The notes under the pieces: generated by a model
The model's input: the letters and a program-made list of their open reading frames with translations, nothing else
Database searches by the model: none
Told to the model about the DNA's origin: nothing
NCBI GenBank assembly: GCA_041987265.1
Contig: JBHIWT010000001.1
Location: 1 to 60,609 of the forward strand
DNA from: Hyphomonadaceae bacterium
Lineage (GTDB): Bacteria > Pseudomonadota > Alphaproteobacteria > Caulobacterales > Hyphomonadaceae
Reading direction: 5' to 3'
Length of the DNA stretch: 60,609 nucleotides
Made by a program: the position numbers and the translations under genes
Shown: positions 9,244-17,323 of the stretch, one piece after another
How the letters are laid out: each line of letters opens with the position of its first letter
How positions within the stretch are numbered: the first letter of the stretch is position 1

Positions 9244-10227
9244 ATGATCGAACGCCGGATCACTGCCTGGAAATTTGCGCCTGCCGCAATTGCGGCGTGG
9301 GCGATGCTCGGTTGCGCCAGCCCGGGGCCGGCGACCGCACAGAACGGGCCAAGACAGGTCGCGGGCGCGCCGTGTGGCGTGTCGACGGCTTCGGCGGCGG
9401 AGCTTGGCGGCAACGCAACCGACCCGAAGACCGGGCGCAGCTTCTTTCTGGAGTACCCGTGCGATATCGCGCAGGGCGAGGACCTGACCTTCATTCTGAA
9501 CATCCACGGAGCTGGCTCACGGTCCGGCTGGCAACGGCAGTACTTTCCTGCGAGCGACTACGTGGAGAAGTACCGACTGATCGTGGCCACGCCGACGGCT
9601 GCGACCGCTGAACCCATTCGTCGCTGGACCGCTGAGGCGGACGACGAATACCTGCAGAATATTACCGAACTGGTGATGGCCGGATTTGGCCGCGACAATG
9701 TCCGGGCGTTCTGGCTGGCCGGACATTCGCAAGGCGGACTGACCTCGCACCGCATCATCTGTTCCGACTATTTTCAGGACAAGGTAGATGGGATGGTCAG
9801 CATTGCGGGCGGGCGCCTAGGCCAGGGGCGATATGAGGAAGCGCTTGGTTGCGAGATGTCCTATGTCTTCACGACCGGCGATCTGGACAGTTCGGGTCGC
9901 GCGGGCGTGCCGACGACCTCGCCCGTAGCGGACCGCTACAAATGCGCGACACGGATCCGTACCGCGATCATTGAGGATTCCGTTGGCGGGAAGGTCTCTG
10001 ATACGCGCACAGCGGAAGCGGGGCGTCCCGACCGCCCGGGCTGGGGCGGTCTGCCCGGTCCCGGAACCAGCGACGTCTACCAGTTCCCAGACTGTGAGGG
10101 CGGTCGCGTCGTCGCGGACGTTATCCGCCTCAACAAGGGCCATACAGAGGGCCTCGAGCCTCGTGTTACCGAGGAAATCGTGCGGCTGATCGTATCTGCG
10201 CCTGGCGGCAAACTACGCGCAGGATAG
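9244..10227 (+). CDS. alpha/beta-hydrolase lipoprotein, PHB-depolymerase-family esterase-like
   Basis: The ATG at 9244 has AGGAGA upstream. Lipobox AWAMLGCAS. NIHGAGS and nucleophile elbow GHSQGG. The ORF-track start at 9103 overlaps the previous gene and is rejected. Confidence 0.7.
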   Translation: MIERRITAWKFAPAAIAAWAMLGCASPGPATAQNGPRQVAGAPCGVSTASAAELGGNATDPKTGRSFFLEYPCDIAQGEDLTFILNIHGAGSRSGWQRQYFPASDYVEKYRLIVATPTAATAEPIRRWTAEADDEYLQNITELVMAGFGRDNVRAFWLAGHSQGGLTSHRIICSDYFQDKVDGMVSIAGGRLGQGRYEEALGCEMSYVFTTGDLDSSGRAGVPTTSPVADRYKCATRIRTAIIEDSVGGKVSDTRTAEAGRPDRPGWGGLPGPGTSDVYQFPDCEGGRVVADVIRLNKGHTEGLEPRVTEEIVRLIVSAPGGKLRAG

Positions 10228-10259
10228 CTGAACGGCGTTTCGCCAGACTAGTTAAGCCT

Positions 10260-10355
10260 TCAGGCGTTGCGCGCCCAGAGCGCAACGCCGGCGAGTGTGA
10301 TCGTGAACGCTGCGAAGATCGCGCCAACACCGATCAGATAAACTTGTTCCGTCAT
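10260..10355 (-). CDS. candidate 31-aa single-TM peptide
   Basis: Below the ORF-track cut-off. Sequence MTEQVYLIGVGAIFAAFTITLAGVALWARNA. GGGAGGA lies 7 nt upstream of the ATG. Last in a same-strand gene string. Confidence 0.35.
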   Translation of the reverse strand: MTEQVYLIGVGAIFAAFTITLAGVALWARNA

Positions 10356-10429
10356 GGTGGATTTCCTCCCTGACCCTGGAAATTATAAGCCTGCCCAATC
10401 AACAGACGCCGTGGCATCGATTGATTAGC

Positions 10430-10708
10430 TTAGTTGCTCGCGGTTTCCTGAGCGGCGCGACAGTCGGGCAGCTGAAACTTCTCGTTGCCGCTGCAGTTGA
10501 TGTGACCGCCTTCAAAGCTGGCTGACCAGCTCGAGCTGGTTGCGCCACGCTCCACCGATGTAACAACGATTGTGGAGGCCTCAACGCCGAGCGCTTCTGC
10601 CGTGGCCGCGCGCGCCTGTTCCGCCAGATCCGCTTCCGAGACCGAGGCGGAGCAGGCGGTTGCGGCGATGCAGGCCGCGAGCATTGTTGCCGGGAATACG
10701 CGTTTCAT
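10430..10708 (-). CDS. small lipoprotein, unknown function
   Basis: Signal and lipobox MKRVFPATMLAACIAATACS. Lies 24 nt downstream of the preceding gene. Confidence 0.55.
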   Translation of the reverse strand: MKRVFPATMLAACIAATACSASVSEADLAEQARAATAEALGVEASTIVVTSVERGATSSSWSASFEGGHINCSGNEKFQLPDCRAAQETASN

Positions 10709-10732
10709 CAGGTTCTCTCCCCTTTCGTCGAA

Positions 10733-11101
10733 CTAGTGAACGTCGAGATGTTCGGTGACGCGGTAGGTCATGTCCGCGCCGTCGTTCTCGTGAATCGTGA
10801 CGTAATCGCCGATCGCGAGGCGGTGGTCGCCAAGGCGGTAGAGCGGTTCGTCATCGCCCTCCTCCGGCTCGTCATAGTGAATGAACCAGTGGCTGCCGCG
10901 GTGAGTCAGCAGTCCGTCAGCGTCGTTCTCTTCGCCGGGCTGAAACTTCTCCACGATGCAGTCAGAGCGTTTCTCGCGCCATTTCTCGGGCTCGAGATAT
11001 CCCTGAGCGTTCAGCGGCGCCGTGATTATGTAGCCGTAGCGATCGTCTCCGTCCGGAAAGCCTGGATTTCGAGCAAGACGCATAATGATCCGGGTCAGCA
11101 T
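10733..11101 (-). CDS. hypothetical cytoplasmic protein (122 aa)
   Basis: Clean ORF with an acidic central region. An FNR/FixK-type box is centred about 57 nt upstream of its ATG. Confidence 0.6.
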   Translation of the reverse strand: MLTRIIMRLARNPGFPDGDDRYGYIITAPLNAQGYLEPEKWREKRSDCIVEKFQPGEENDADGLLTHRGSHWFIHYDEPEEGDDEPLYRLGDHRLAIGDYVTIHENDGADMTYRVTEHLDVH

Positions 11102-11151
11102 GTTTCACTCCAAGGTTTTGCTCAGCCTAGGCGGCCGACTCGCGCGGGGGT

Positions 11152-11165
11152 CTGATCCAGATCAA
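11152..11165. promoter_or_regulatory. FNR/FixK-type box CTGAT-CCAG-ATCAA
   Basis: Matches 9 of 10 half-site positions of TTGAT-N4-ATCAA. The spacing suits a class II promoter for the minus-strand gene 10733..11101. It lies only 17 nt from the fixL-like ATG. Confidence 0.5.
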
Positions 11166-11181
11166 TCGTGAGAAGGGCGGC

Positions 11182-12852
11182 ATGTCGGAGGGTAACGCTA
11201 CAACGTCGCGGCCTTCGAAGGAGCAGGACTTGTCGGAAGCGTTGTCTGCCCTGTCCCCGAGACATTCAAACTCTGGCAGGGCGCCTAGAGGTCCGTTATG
11301 CAGGCTTGAATCAAAGCAACTGGCGGAGCCCGCGTTGTCGGATCTATTTGCGGACGAGAGGTTTCGGATTGTCACCGAGACCATGGTCGACGGGCTGATC
11401 GTGATCGACGCCGCGGGCGCGATCAAATGCGTCAATTCGAGCTGCGAGCGCCTGTTCGGCTATGACGCGGGACAACTGGAAGGAAGAAACGTTAAAGCAC
11501 TGATGCCGTCACCGTTCGCGGATGCGCATGACGGCTATCTGGCGCGGGCGCGCGAGACCAAGGTCAAACGGATCATTGGTATCGGGCGGGAGCTTCAGGG
11601 CATGAAGTCCGACGGCTCTGTGTTTCCGATGTATTTGTCAGTGGGAGAAACCGACTTCGATGGCGAAACCCTGTTTGTTGGGATCATCTACGACCTGACA
11701 GACAAGAAGCGCGCAGAGGAGATGTTGCTGCACCACCAGAAGATGGATGCGATCGGCCAATTGTCAGGCGGCATCGCGCACGACTTCAACAACATCCTCA
11801 GCGTCATCAGCGGCAACCTGGAAATGCTGGAAGCGCACGACCTGCCGCCATCAGCAAAACGCGCCGTTGCGCGCGCTAAAGAGGCATCCGTTCGGGCCGC
11901 CCGGATCACACATCGTCTGCTGGCGTTCGCGCGGCGACAGCCATTGTCGCCGGAGCCAATCGACGTCAACCAGTCGCTGACTGACCTGTCGGACATTCTC
12001 AAACAGACGATCGGGGCCAATATCGAGATCGAGATGCTGCTCGCGGAGACTGTCGGGACAGTTGAAACCGATATCGACCAATTCGAGACCGCAATTCTCA
12101 ACCTTGCCGTCAATGCGCGTGATGCGATGCCAGAAGGCGGCTCGCTGGTCATCGAAACAGAAGCCCTTCAGGTGCGTGAAGAGCCGCGTACGCAGGATGA
12201 AGCCCCCCCGGGCGATTACGTGCGCGTCTCGGTGTCCGATACCGGAACCGGGATGACGCCAGACGTACTTGCCAGGGCGCTCGACCCGTTCTTCACAACG
12301 AAAGAAGCCGGCTCAGGCACCGGCCTTGGGCTGTCGATGGTCTACGGCTTCATGAAACAGCTTGGCGGCCACGCAAAGATCTACAGCGAGCCCGGACGCG
12401 GAACGCGGATCAGCCTGTTGTTTCCAGCTGGCGAGAACAACGACCTTTCACCCCAGACCGCTGAACCGGAAGACGCCACGGGCAATGGCGAAACCGTACT
12501 TGTCGTGGACGACCGCGCGGACGTGCTGCAGGTGACGGCGAATCGGCTGCGCGAACTAGGATATAGGGTGGTGACCGCGGATCGCGGCTCTACCGCGCTG
12601 GATCGTCTGGCCGCACATCCGGAGACACGCGTGGCCATTCTGGACGTCGTGATGCCCGGCGGGATGGACGGCCACCAGCTGGCGGACAGGATCGAGGCGC
12701 TCGCCCCCGATGTCAGCATCATCATGTGCTCGGGGTATTCGCCGAAACTGGCCGCCGGCGGGCGCCAGCATCCGGATCGTCCATTTCTCTCCAAACCGGT
12801 ATCGCGATCAAAACTGGCGCGTACGGTCCAGCACGCGCTTGCAAATCGTTAG
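11182..12852 (+). CDS. fixL: FixL-like heme-PAS hybrid sensor histidine kinase with C-terminal receiver
   Basis: The PAS block ALMPSPFADAHDGYLARARETKVKRIIGIGRELQGMKSDGSVFPMYLSVGE matches the heme-binding FixL PAS (HDGYL, IIGIGR, DGSxFPMxLSxGE). H-box GGIAHDFNN, G-boxes DTGTGM and GTGLGLS, then REC (VLVVDDRADV...DVVMPGGMDG). Confidence 0.8.
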   Translation: MSEGNATTSRPSKEQDLSEALSALSPRHSNSGRAPRGPLCRLESKQLAEPALSDLFADERFRIVTETMVDGLIVIDAAGAIKCVNSSCERLFGYDAGQLEGRNVKALMPSPFADAHDGYLARARETKVKRIIGIGRELQGMKSDGSVFPMYLSVGETDFDGETLFVGIIYDLTDKKRAEEMLLHHQKMDAIGQLSGGIAHDFNNILSVISGNLEMLEAHDLPPSAKRAVARAKEASVRAARITHRLLAFARRQPLSPEPIDVNQSLTDLSDILKQTIGANIEIEMLLAETVGTVETDIDQFETAILNLAVNARDAMPEGGSLVIETEALQVREEPRTQDEAPPGDYVRVSVSDTGTGMTPDVLARALDPFFTTKEAGSGTGLGLSMVYGFMKQLGGHAKIYSEPGRGTRISLLFPAGENNDLSPQTAEPEDATGNGETVLVVDDRADVLQVTANRLRELGYRVVTADRGSTALDRLAAHPETRVAILDVVMPGGMDGHQLADRIEALAPDVSIIMCSGYSPKLAAGGRQHPDRPFLSKPVSRSKLARTVQHALANR

Positions 12853-13619
12853 CCTGTTGCGTCGCCGCTCCATTTGACGGGTGCAGAAAAGACATAGCCC
12901 TCGCCGCGCACCGTCTGGATGATCTCCGCTTCGGCGTGGGCGGCCAGCTTTCTGCGCAGGCGACTAACGAGAGTATCGATGCTCCGGTCGAAATTTGCGC
13001 TGTCGACGCCCTGAACATGGTCGGCGAGCTGGGCACGGGAGAGCACCCTACCCGGTCGTTCTATGAACACTTCCAGCAGATTGTATTCAGCGCCGGTAAG
13101 CTCGACTGTCTCATCGCCTGGGGTGCAGAGCCGGCGTTCCGAAGGCAGGAAAGTGAAGGCGTGGCCGATCGCCGCCGATCGATCGGTAGTCAGCGTCTCA
13201 ACTGAATTGCCAGTAGCCGCCGCGTTGAGCGTGGACCGGCGAAGCAGCGCGCGCACGCGGGCGAGAAGCTCCCGCAGTTCGAATGGCTTGGGCAGGTAAT
13301 CGTCTGCGCCAACCTCGAGCCCAACGACTCGGTCAATCATGTCGCCCTTCCCCGACATCATCAGAATCGGCACCGCAGAACCAGCTCGCAGCTCGGCTGC
13401 GTAGGTCAGCCCATCGACTCCGGGCATGTTCAGATCCAGCAGAATCAGGTCGGCCGGTTGCTCGCCCTGATGCGTTCGCGCTTCTGCGACATTCATCGCA
13501 GATGCGGTTTCATAGCCTTCCATCTGCAGGAAATCGACAAGCGTTTCCTGCAATTCCCGATTGTCGTCGATAATCAGGATGTATGCCTGACCGCCAGCCA
13601 CGAGACCTCCGTTTGTCAC
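12849..13619 (-). CDS. OmpR-family response regulator (REC + winged helix)
   Basis: ILIIDDNRELQ...LLDLNMPGVDG...DDYLPKPF plus C-terminal LTGAEYNLLEVF...VRGEGYVF. The start may instead be the GTG at 13601, which follows GGAGG. Its stop overlaps the fixL-like stop convergently. Confidence 0.9.
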   Translation of the reverse strand: MTNGGLVAGGQAYILIIDDNRELQETLVDFLQMEGYETASAMNVAEARTHQGEQPADLILLDLNMPGVDGLTYAAELRAGSAVPILMMSGKGDMIDRVVGLEVGADDYLPKPFELRELLARVRALLRRSTLNAAATGNSVETLTTDRSAAIGHAFTFLPSERRLCTPGDETVELTGAEYNLLEVFIERPGRVLSRAQLADHVQGVDSANFDRSIDTLVSRLRRKLAAHAEAEIIQTVRGEGYVFSAPVKWSGDATG

Positions 13620-13673
13620 AGTCTGTCACACGCGCTGACACACTTCGACAAATGCCAGAAAAGTCCATGCGAC

Positions 13674-13687
13674 ATGATCCAGGTCAA
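13674..13687. promoter_or_regulatory. FNR/FixK-like box (reverse strand TTGAC-CTGG-ATCAT)
   Basis: Matches 8 of 10 half-site positions. Lies 60-80 nt upstream of the response-regulator start and about 30 nt from the fixK-like ATG. Confidence 0.35.
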
Positions 13688-13715
13688 GGACAAGCTGTGA
13701 AAGAGGCAACGGATC

Positions 13716-14429
13716 ATGTGTATCGCTGGCGGGAAGATTATCGATCTCAACGTAGCCCGGCGGCGGGCGCCCGGCCCCTGTGGCGGGGGCGGAGGCGGCC
13801 CGGACCGGTCCCAGAAATTTGCGCCCCACGCCCACCTGTTTTTCGAGGGCGATGCGCGGACCTCCATTCACATCGTCGAGCGCGGCTGGGTTAAGCTGTA
13901 TCGCACCCTGATAGACGGTCAGCGCCAGGTCGTTGGTTTCGCCAATGAAGGCGCGGTGCTGGGCATGGAGGCCGGCGGTGAGCACTTCAATTCCTGCGAA
14001 GCAATTACTGAGGTGGTGACACGGTCGATCCCGGTTTCGCAGCTGGAAACGCTGATCGCCGACAATCCCGAGTTTGGCTTGCGCCTGCTACAGCAGGTCG
14101 GCGCCCAGCTGGAGGCGGCTCAGGCGCACCTTGTGACGATTGGCGCGCAGACGGCCGAACAGAAGCTTGCAAGCTTCCTGCTGGCGATCGCCAGGCAGGC
14201 GGCGAATGCCGGGGTCAACGAATTTGATTTGCCAATGCGGCGCGGCGAGATGGCCGAATTCCTTGGCCTGCGACTGGAAACGGTGTCGCGCAAGATGTCC
14301 GAGTTTCAGAAGCGCGGGTGGATTCGCATGACGAGCATGTATCGCTGCCGGATCCTGCAACCCGGCATTCTTAACCAGCTGGCGGCCGGAAGCTGCGAGG
14401 ACACTGGCGGACGAAGCGCCAGCATCTAG
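13716..14429 (+). CDS. fixK: Crp/Fnr family regulator, FixK-like (no N-terminal Cys cluster)
   Basis: cNMP-like barrel LFFEGDARTSIHIVERGWVKLYR and HTH RGEMAEFLGLRLETVSRKMSEFQKRGWI. Sits between the fixL-like gene and the cco locus. Confidence 0.8.
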   Translation: MCIAGGKIIDLNVARRRAPGPCGGGGGGPDRSQKFAPHAHLFFEGDARTSIHIVERGWVKLYRTLIDGQRQVVGFANEGAVLGMEAGGEHFNSCEAITEVVTRSIPVSQLETLIADNPEFGLRLLQQVGAQLEAAQAHLVTIGAQTAEQKLASFLLAIARQAANAGVNEFDLPMRRGEMAEFLGLRLETVSRKMSEFQKRGWIRMTSMYRCRILQPGILNQLAAGSCEDTGGRSASI

Positions 14430-14485
14430 ACTGCGATTGATCAGGCCGGCGCTTGGTCGTTTGCGCTGACTTCCTCGTCCGCCTG

Positions 14486-14635
14486 TCAGCGTGGCCGGTC
14501 GTCGTCGTTCAGAATGCGCCAGGCGTCGCCCTCAAGGTCATCGAACTGGCCCTTGCGGAGAGCCCACAAGAAGGCGACCAGGCCGAGTGCGCCCAGGCAA
14601 AGCGCGACGGGGATCAGCACCAACAGCGCGGTCAT
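14486..14635 (-). CDS. ccoS: cbb3 oxidase maturation protein CcoS/FixS
   Basis: Below the ORF-track cut-off. Sequence MTALLVLIPVALCLGALGLVAFLWALRKGQFDDLEGDAWRILNDDDRPR. ATGA overlap with the ccoI stop. Confidence 0.8.
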   Translation of the reverse strand: MTALLVLIPVALCLGALGLVAFLWALRKGQFDDLEGDAWRILNDDDRPR

Positions 14636-16848
14636 GATGAAGCAGCCTTCCTGCCGCGCGCGTTCAGACGCAATGCGTTCAGCGTCACGACGAGCGAAGA
14701 AGCCGACATGGCGATCGCGGCAATCATTGGCGTGACCATGCCGGCGAGCGCCAACGGGACGGCGATGAGATTGTAGAGCGCCGACAAGCCGAAGTTTTCC
14801 TTCATGCGCGCCTTTGCGGATCGCGCGACGGTGATGATCGTTTCCAGAGATGAAAGATCATCGCGACTGAACACTGCGTCGGCGGACAGGCGGGATACAT
14901 CAACGGCGCCTCCCGGCGCGAGCGAGGCGTGGGCCATGGCCAACGCGCCGGCGTCATTTAGTCCGTCGCCAACCATCAGGACCTTGCTGCCAGCCTTGCG
15001 GAGCGTTTCCAAGCGATCCGCCTTCTCCGTTGGGGTAGCGCGTGCAGTCCAATGTTCGATTCCTGCGGCGCGCGCCGCCTGTTCCACACGCGCCGGAGCA
15101 TCGCCCGACAGCAACTCAGTGGTGATCCCCATTTCCGCTAGCCGCGCGATGGTCGCCGCAGCGCCCGCGCGGATACGGTCCGTGAAGTCGAAAGCGACAG
15201 GCGTCTCATCCCCGACACTGAACCACAGGCGGGAGCTTTCCGTATCATCGCGGACACCAACAAACTCAGCCCGGCCGAGGCGCGCGGGACGTCCGCCCAC
15301 CATCCCCGAGACGCCCTGGCCCGGCGTTTCGACGATGTCTGCTGCAATCGCTCCGCCGCCAGCATGCGCGACGATCGCGCGGGAGAATGGGTGACGGCTG
15401 GCGCGCGCCAGATGAGCGGCCTGCTCCAGCGCCGCTTGATCTAGGCCGTCCACCTGTAGCTCGGGATTGCCGAGTGTCAGCGTACCGGTCTTGTCGAGCA
15501 CGACGTGATTTATGGCCGCGATGCGTTCGAGCGCATCTCCGGACGACAGGTAGATATGGTCACGGAATAGGCGACCGGCGGCGACGATCTGGACGACCGG
15601 GGCGGCGAGCGCAAGCGCGCACGGGCACGTGATGATCAGCACGGCGATCGCGGTGAAGATGGATTTCTCAATCCCAGCGCCGGCCATGTACCAGCCGATG
15701 AAGGCCAGTGCGGCGACCGTATGAACCACCGGAACATAGATGCGTGAAGCAATGTCGGCGATCCGCCGGTAGGCGCTCTTGCGCTGCTCACCGACTTCCA
15801 GCAAGCGGGCGATATCGTTGAGCAGGGAGTCTTCCGCCCGGGCGGTGGCGCGGACGGTCATCGCGCTGTCGAGGTTGATGGTTCCGGCGAAAAGGTTTTC
15901 ACCCGGACGGGTCTGGGCCGGTTCGACCTCGCCGTTGACAAGACGAAGATCGATATCGCCCGCGCCCTGCTCTACTTCTGCGTTGACGAGCAGCCGTTCG
16001 CCCGGCGCCAGGAGAATTCGATCGCCGATCTGGATGTCTGACGCACGCACAGCTTCGATCGCATCTCCCCGACCGATCCGTGAAACGGTCGACGTCTGGA
16101 GCTCGCTCAGCGCGCTGGCGGCGCCATGGGCGCGGCGGCGCAGCCTGGCGTCGAGGAACCGTCCGATCAGCAGGAAGAAAAGCAGCATGACGGCGGCGTC
16201 GAAATACGTCTCGTGGCCGCCGGTCGCCGTTTCATACAGGCTCATCCCCAGCGCGAGCAACACAGCAAGAGAGATCGGCACATCCATGTTGACGTTGCCG
16301 TGGCGCAGCGCGCCGAGCGCCGACTTGAAGAACGGCCGGCCAGCGAATAGCGCCGCTGGCAAGGCGATGAGCGCGGATAGCCAGTGGAGCATGTCCCGCG
16401 TCTCACCCGGCATCTCCGACCCAGACCAAACCGAGACGGACAGCAGCATAACATTTGCTGCGGCAAAGCCGGCGACGGCGAGCGCGATCAGAAGGCCACG
16501 CTCCTCGCGGTCCTTCTCGGAGGTGGAGGCTTCGGGGCTATAGGCGCGCGCCTGATAGCCGAGGTTGGAGACAGCCGACATGATGTCGAGCGCTGTCGCC
16601 GGTGACGACCATTCGACATGCAGCCGCGACGTTGAAAGATTCATGCGCGCCGCGCTTACGCCTGAGATGGCGCCGACTGCATTCTCGATCTTGGAAACGC
16701 AACCGCCGCACTTGGCGCCCCGAACGAGGATATCCAGCGTATCGCCGTCAGCTCCAGACCGAACAAAGGCGGACGGATCCTGCGCGCGCGCTTCGGGCAC
16801 AGGCGGCGCGAGGCCACTGGGACATCCAAGGGCGGCCTCAGCGGTCAT
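14632..16848 (-). CDS. ccoI: copper-translocating P-type ATPase CcoI/FixI
   Basis: CPCALALA, DKTGTLT, GDGLNDA, and an N-terminal CxxC metal-binding domain (GAKCGGCVSK). Confidence 0.9.
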   Translation of the reverse strand: MTAEAALGCPSGLAPPVPEARAQDPSAFVRSGADGDTLDILVRGAKCGGCVSKIENAVGAISGVSAARMNLSTSRLHVEWSSPATALDIMSAVSNLGYQARAYSPEASTSEKDREERGLLIALAVAGFAAANVMLLSVSVWSGSEMPGETRDMLHWLSALIALPAALFAGRPFFKSALGALRHGNVNMDVPISLAVLLALGMSLYETATGGHETYFDAAVMLLFFLLIGRFLDARLRRRAHGAASALSELQTSTVSRIGRGDAIEAVRASDIQIGDRILLAPGERLLVNAEVEQGAGDIDLRLVNGEVEPAQTRPGENLFAGTINLDSAMTVRATARAEDSLLNDIARLLEVGEQRKSAYRRIADIASRIYVPVVHTVAALAFIGWYMAGAGIEKSIFTAIAVLIITCPCALALAAPVVQIVAAGRLFRDHIYLSSGDALERIAAINHVVLDKTGTLTLGNPELQVDGLDQAALEQAAHLARASRHPFSRAIVAHAGGGAIAADIVETPGQGVSGMVGGRPARLGRAEFVGVRDDTESSRLWFSVGDETPVAFDFTDRIRAGAAATIARLAEMGITTELLSGDAPARVEQAARAAGIEHWTARATPTEKADRLETLRKAGSKVLMVGDGLNDAGALAMAHASLAPGGAVDVSRLSADAVFSRDDLSSLETIITVARSAKARMKENFGLSALYNLIAVPLALAGMVTPMIAAIAMSASSLVVTLNALRLNARGRKAASS

Positions 16849-17321
16849 GAGACGGTCAGTGTCTTGTGCGCAGTGAAGACGACATCCTGTTCGCCGCGGC
16901 GCCTGGCTTCAATGGTGATCTGCATGCGACCTTCGGTTTCGGGTAACGCTGCAGCGTACGTCCCGGGTTCGACATACGCCAGCGCATAACTGCTCTCGCG
17001 GCTCTGGCCGTACGGCCGCTGGCGAACGTTGAGCTCCAGGTTGCCGACAGGCGAGCCGGCGCTGTCCATCACCCGCACGAGCAGGCGCTGCTGATTTGCC
17101 GGGTCGACGCCTATCTCTGCGCCCCAACCTAACTCGGATTGCGCGGCTCGGCGCTCCAGCGTGTTGTTATATTCGAGGCCTTGCAGGTAAGACTTCTCGA
17201 CCTCCTCACCCGGAAACGTGGTGACGGCACGCCAGATGAAAACCCCATTGACCGAAAACGTGATGAGGAAGAATCCGGCGATGATGCCGAAGACATGGAT
17301 GCCGCGGATCTGGGCTGGCAT
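16845..17321 (-). CDS. ccoH: CcoH/FixH
   Basis: N-terminal TM segment IHVFGIIAGFFLITFSVNGVFIW. Position between ccoG and ccoI, with overlapping stop and start. Confidence 0.85.
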   Translation of the reverse strand: MPAQIRGIHVFGIIAGFFLITFSVNGVFIWRAVTTFPGEEVEKSYLQGLEYNNTLERRAAQSELGWGAEIGVDPANQQRLLVRVMDSAGSPVGNLELNVRQRPYGQSRESSYALAYVEPGTYAAALPETEGRMQITIEARRRGEQDVVFTAHKTLTVS

Positions 17322-17323
17322 GG

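Noticed and set aside
8118-9503. 461-aa minus-strand ORF
   Set aside because: It lies antisense to paralog B and the esterase 5' end. It has no recognisable motifs and an Arg/Ala-rich shadow-frame composition.
10398-10430. AATCAA...TTGATT inverted repeat between the lipoprotein gene and the 31-aa ORF
   Set aside because: It has only 6-bp arms with a long loop and no T-run. It is neither a convincing terminator nor an FNR box.
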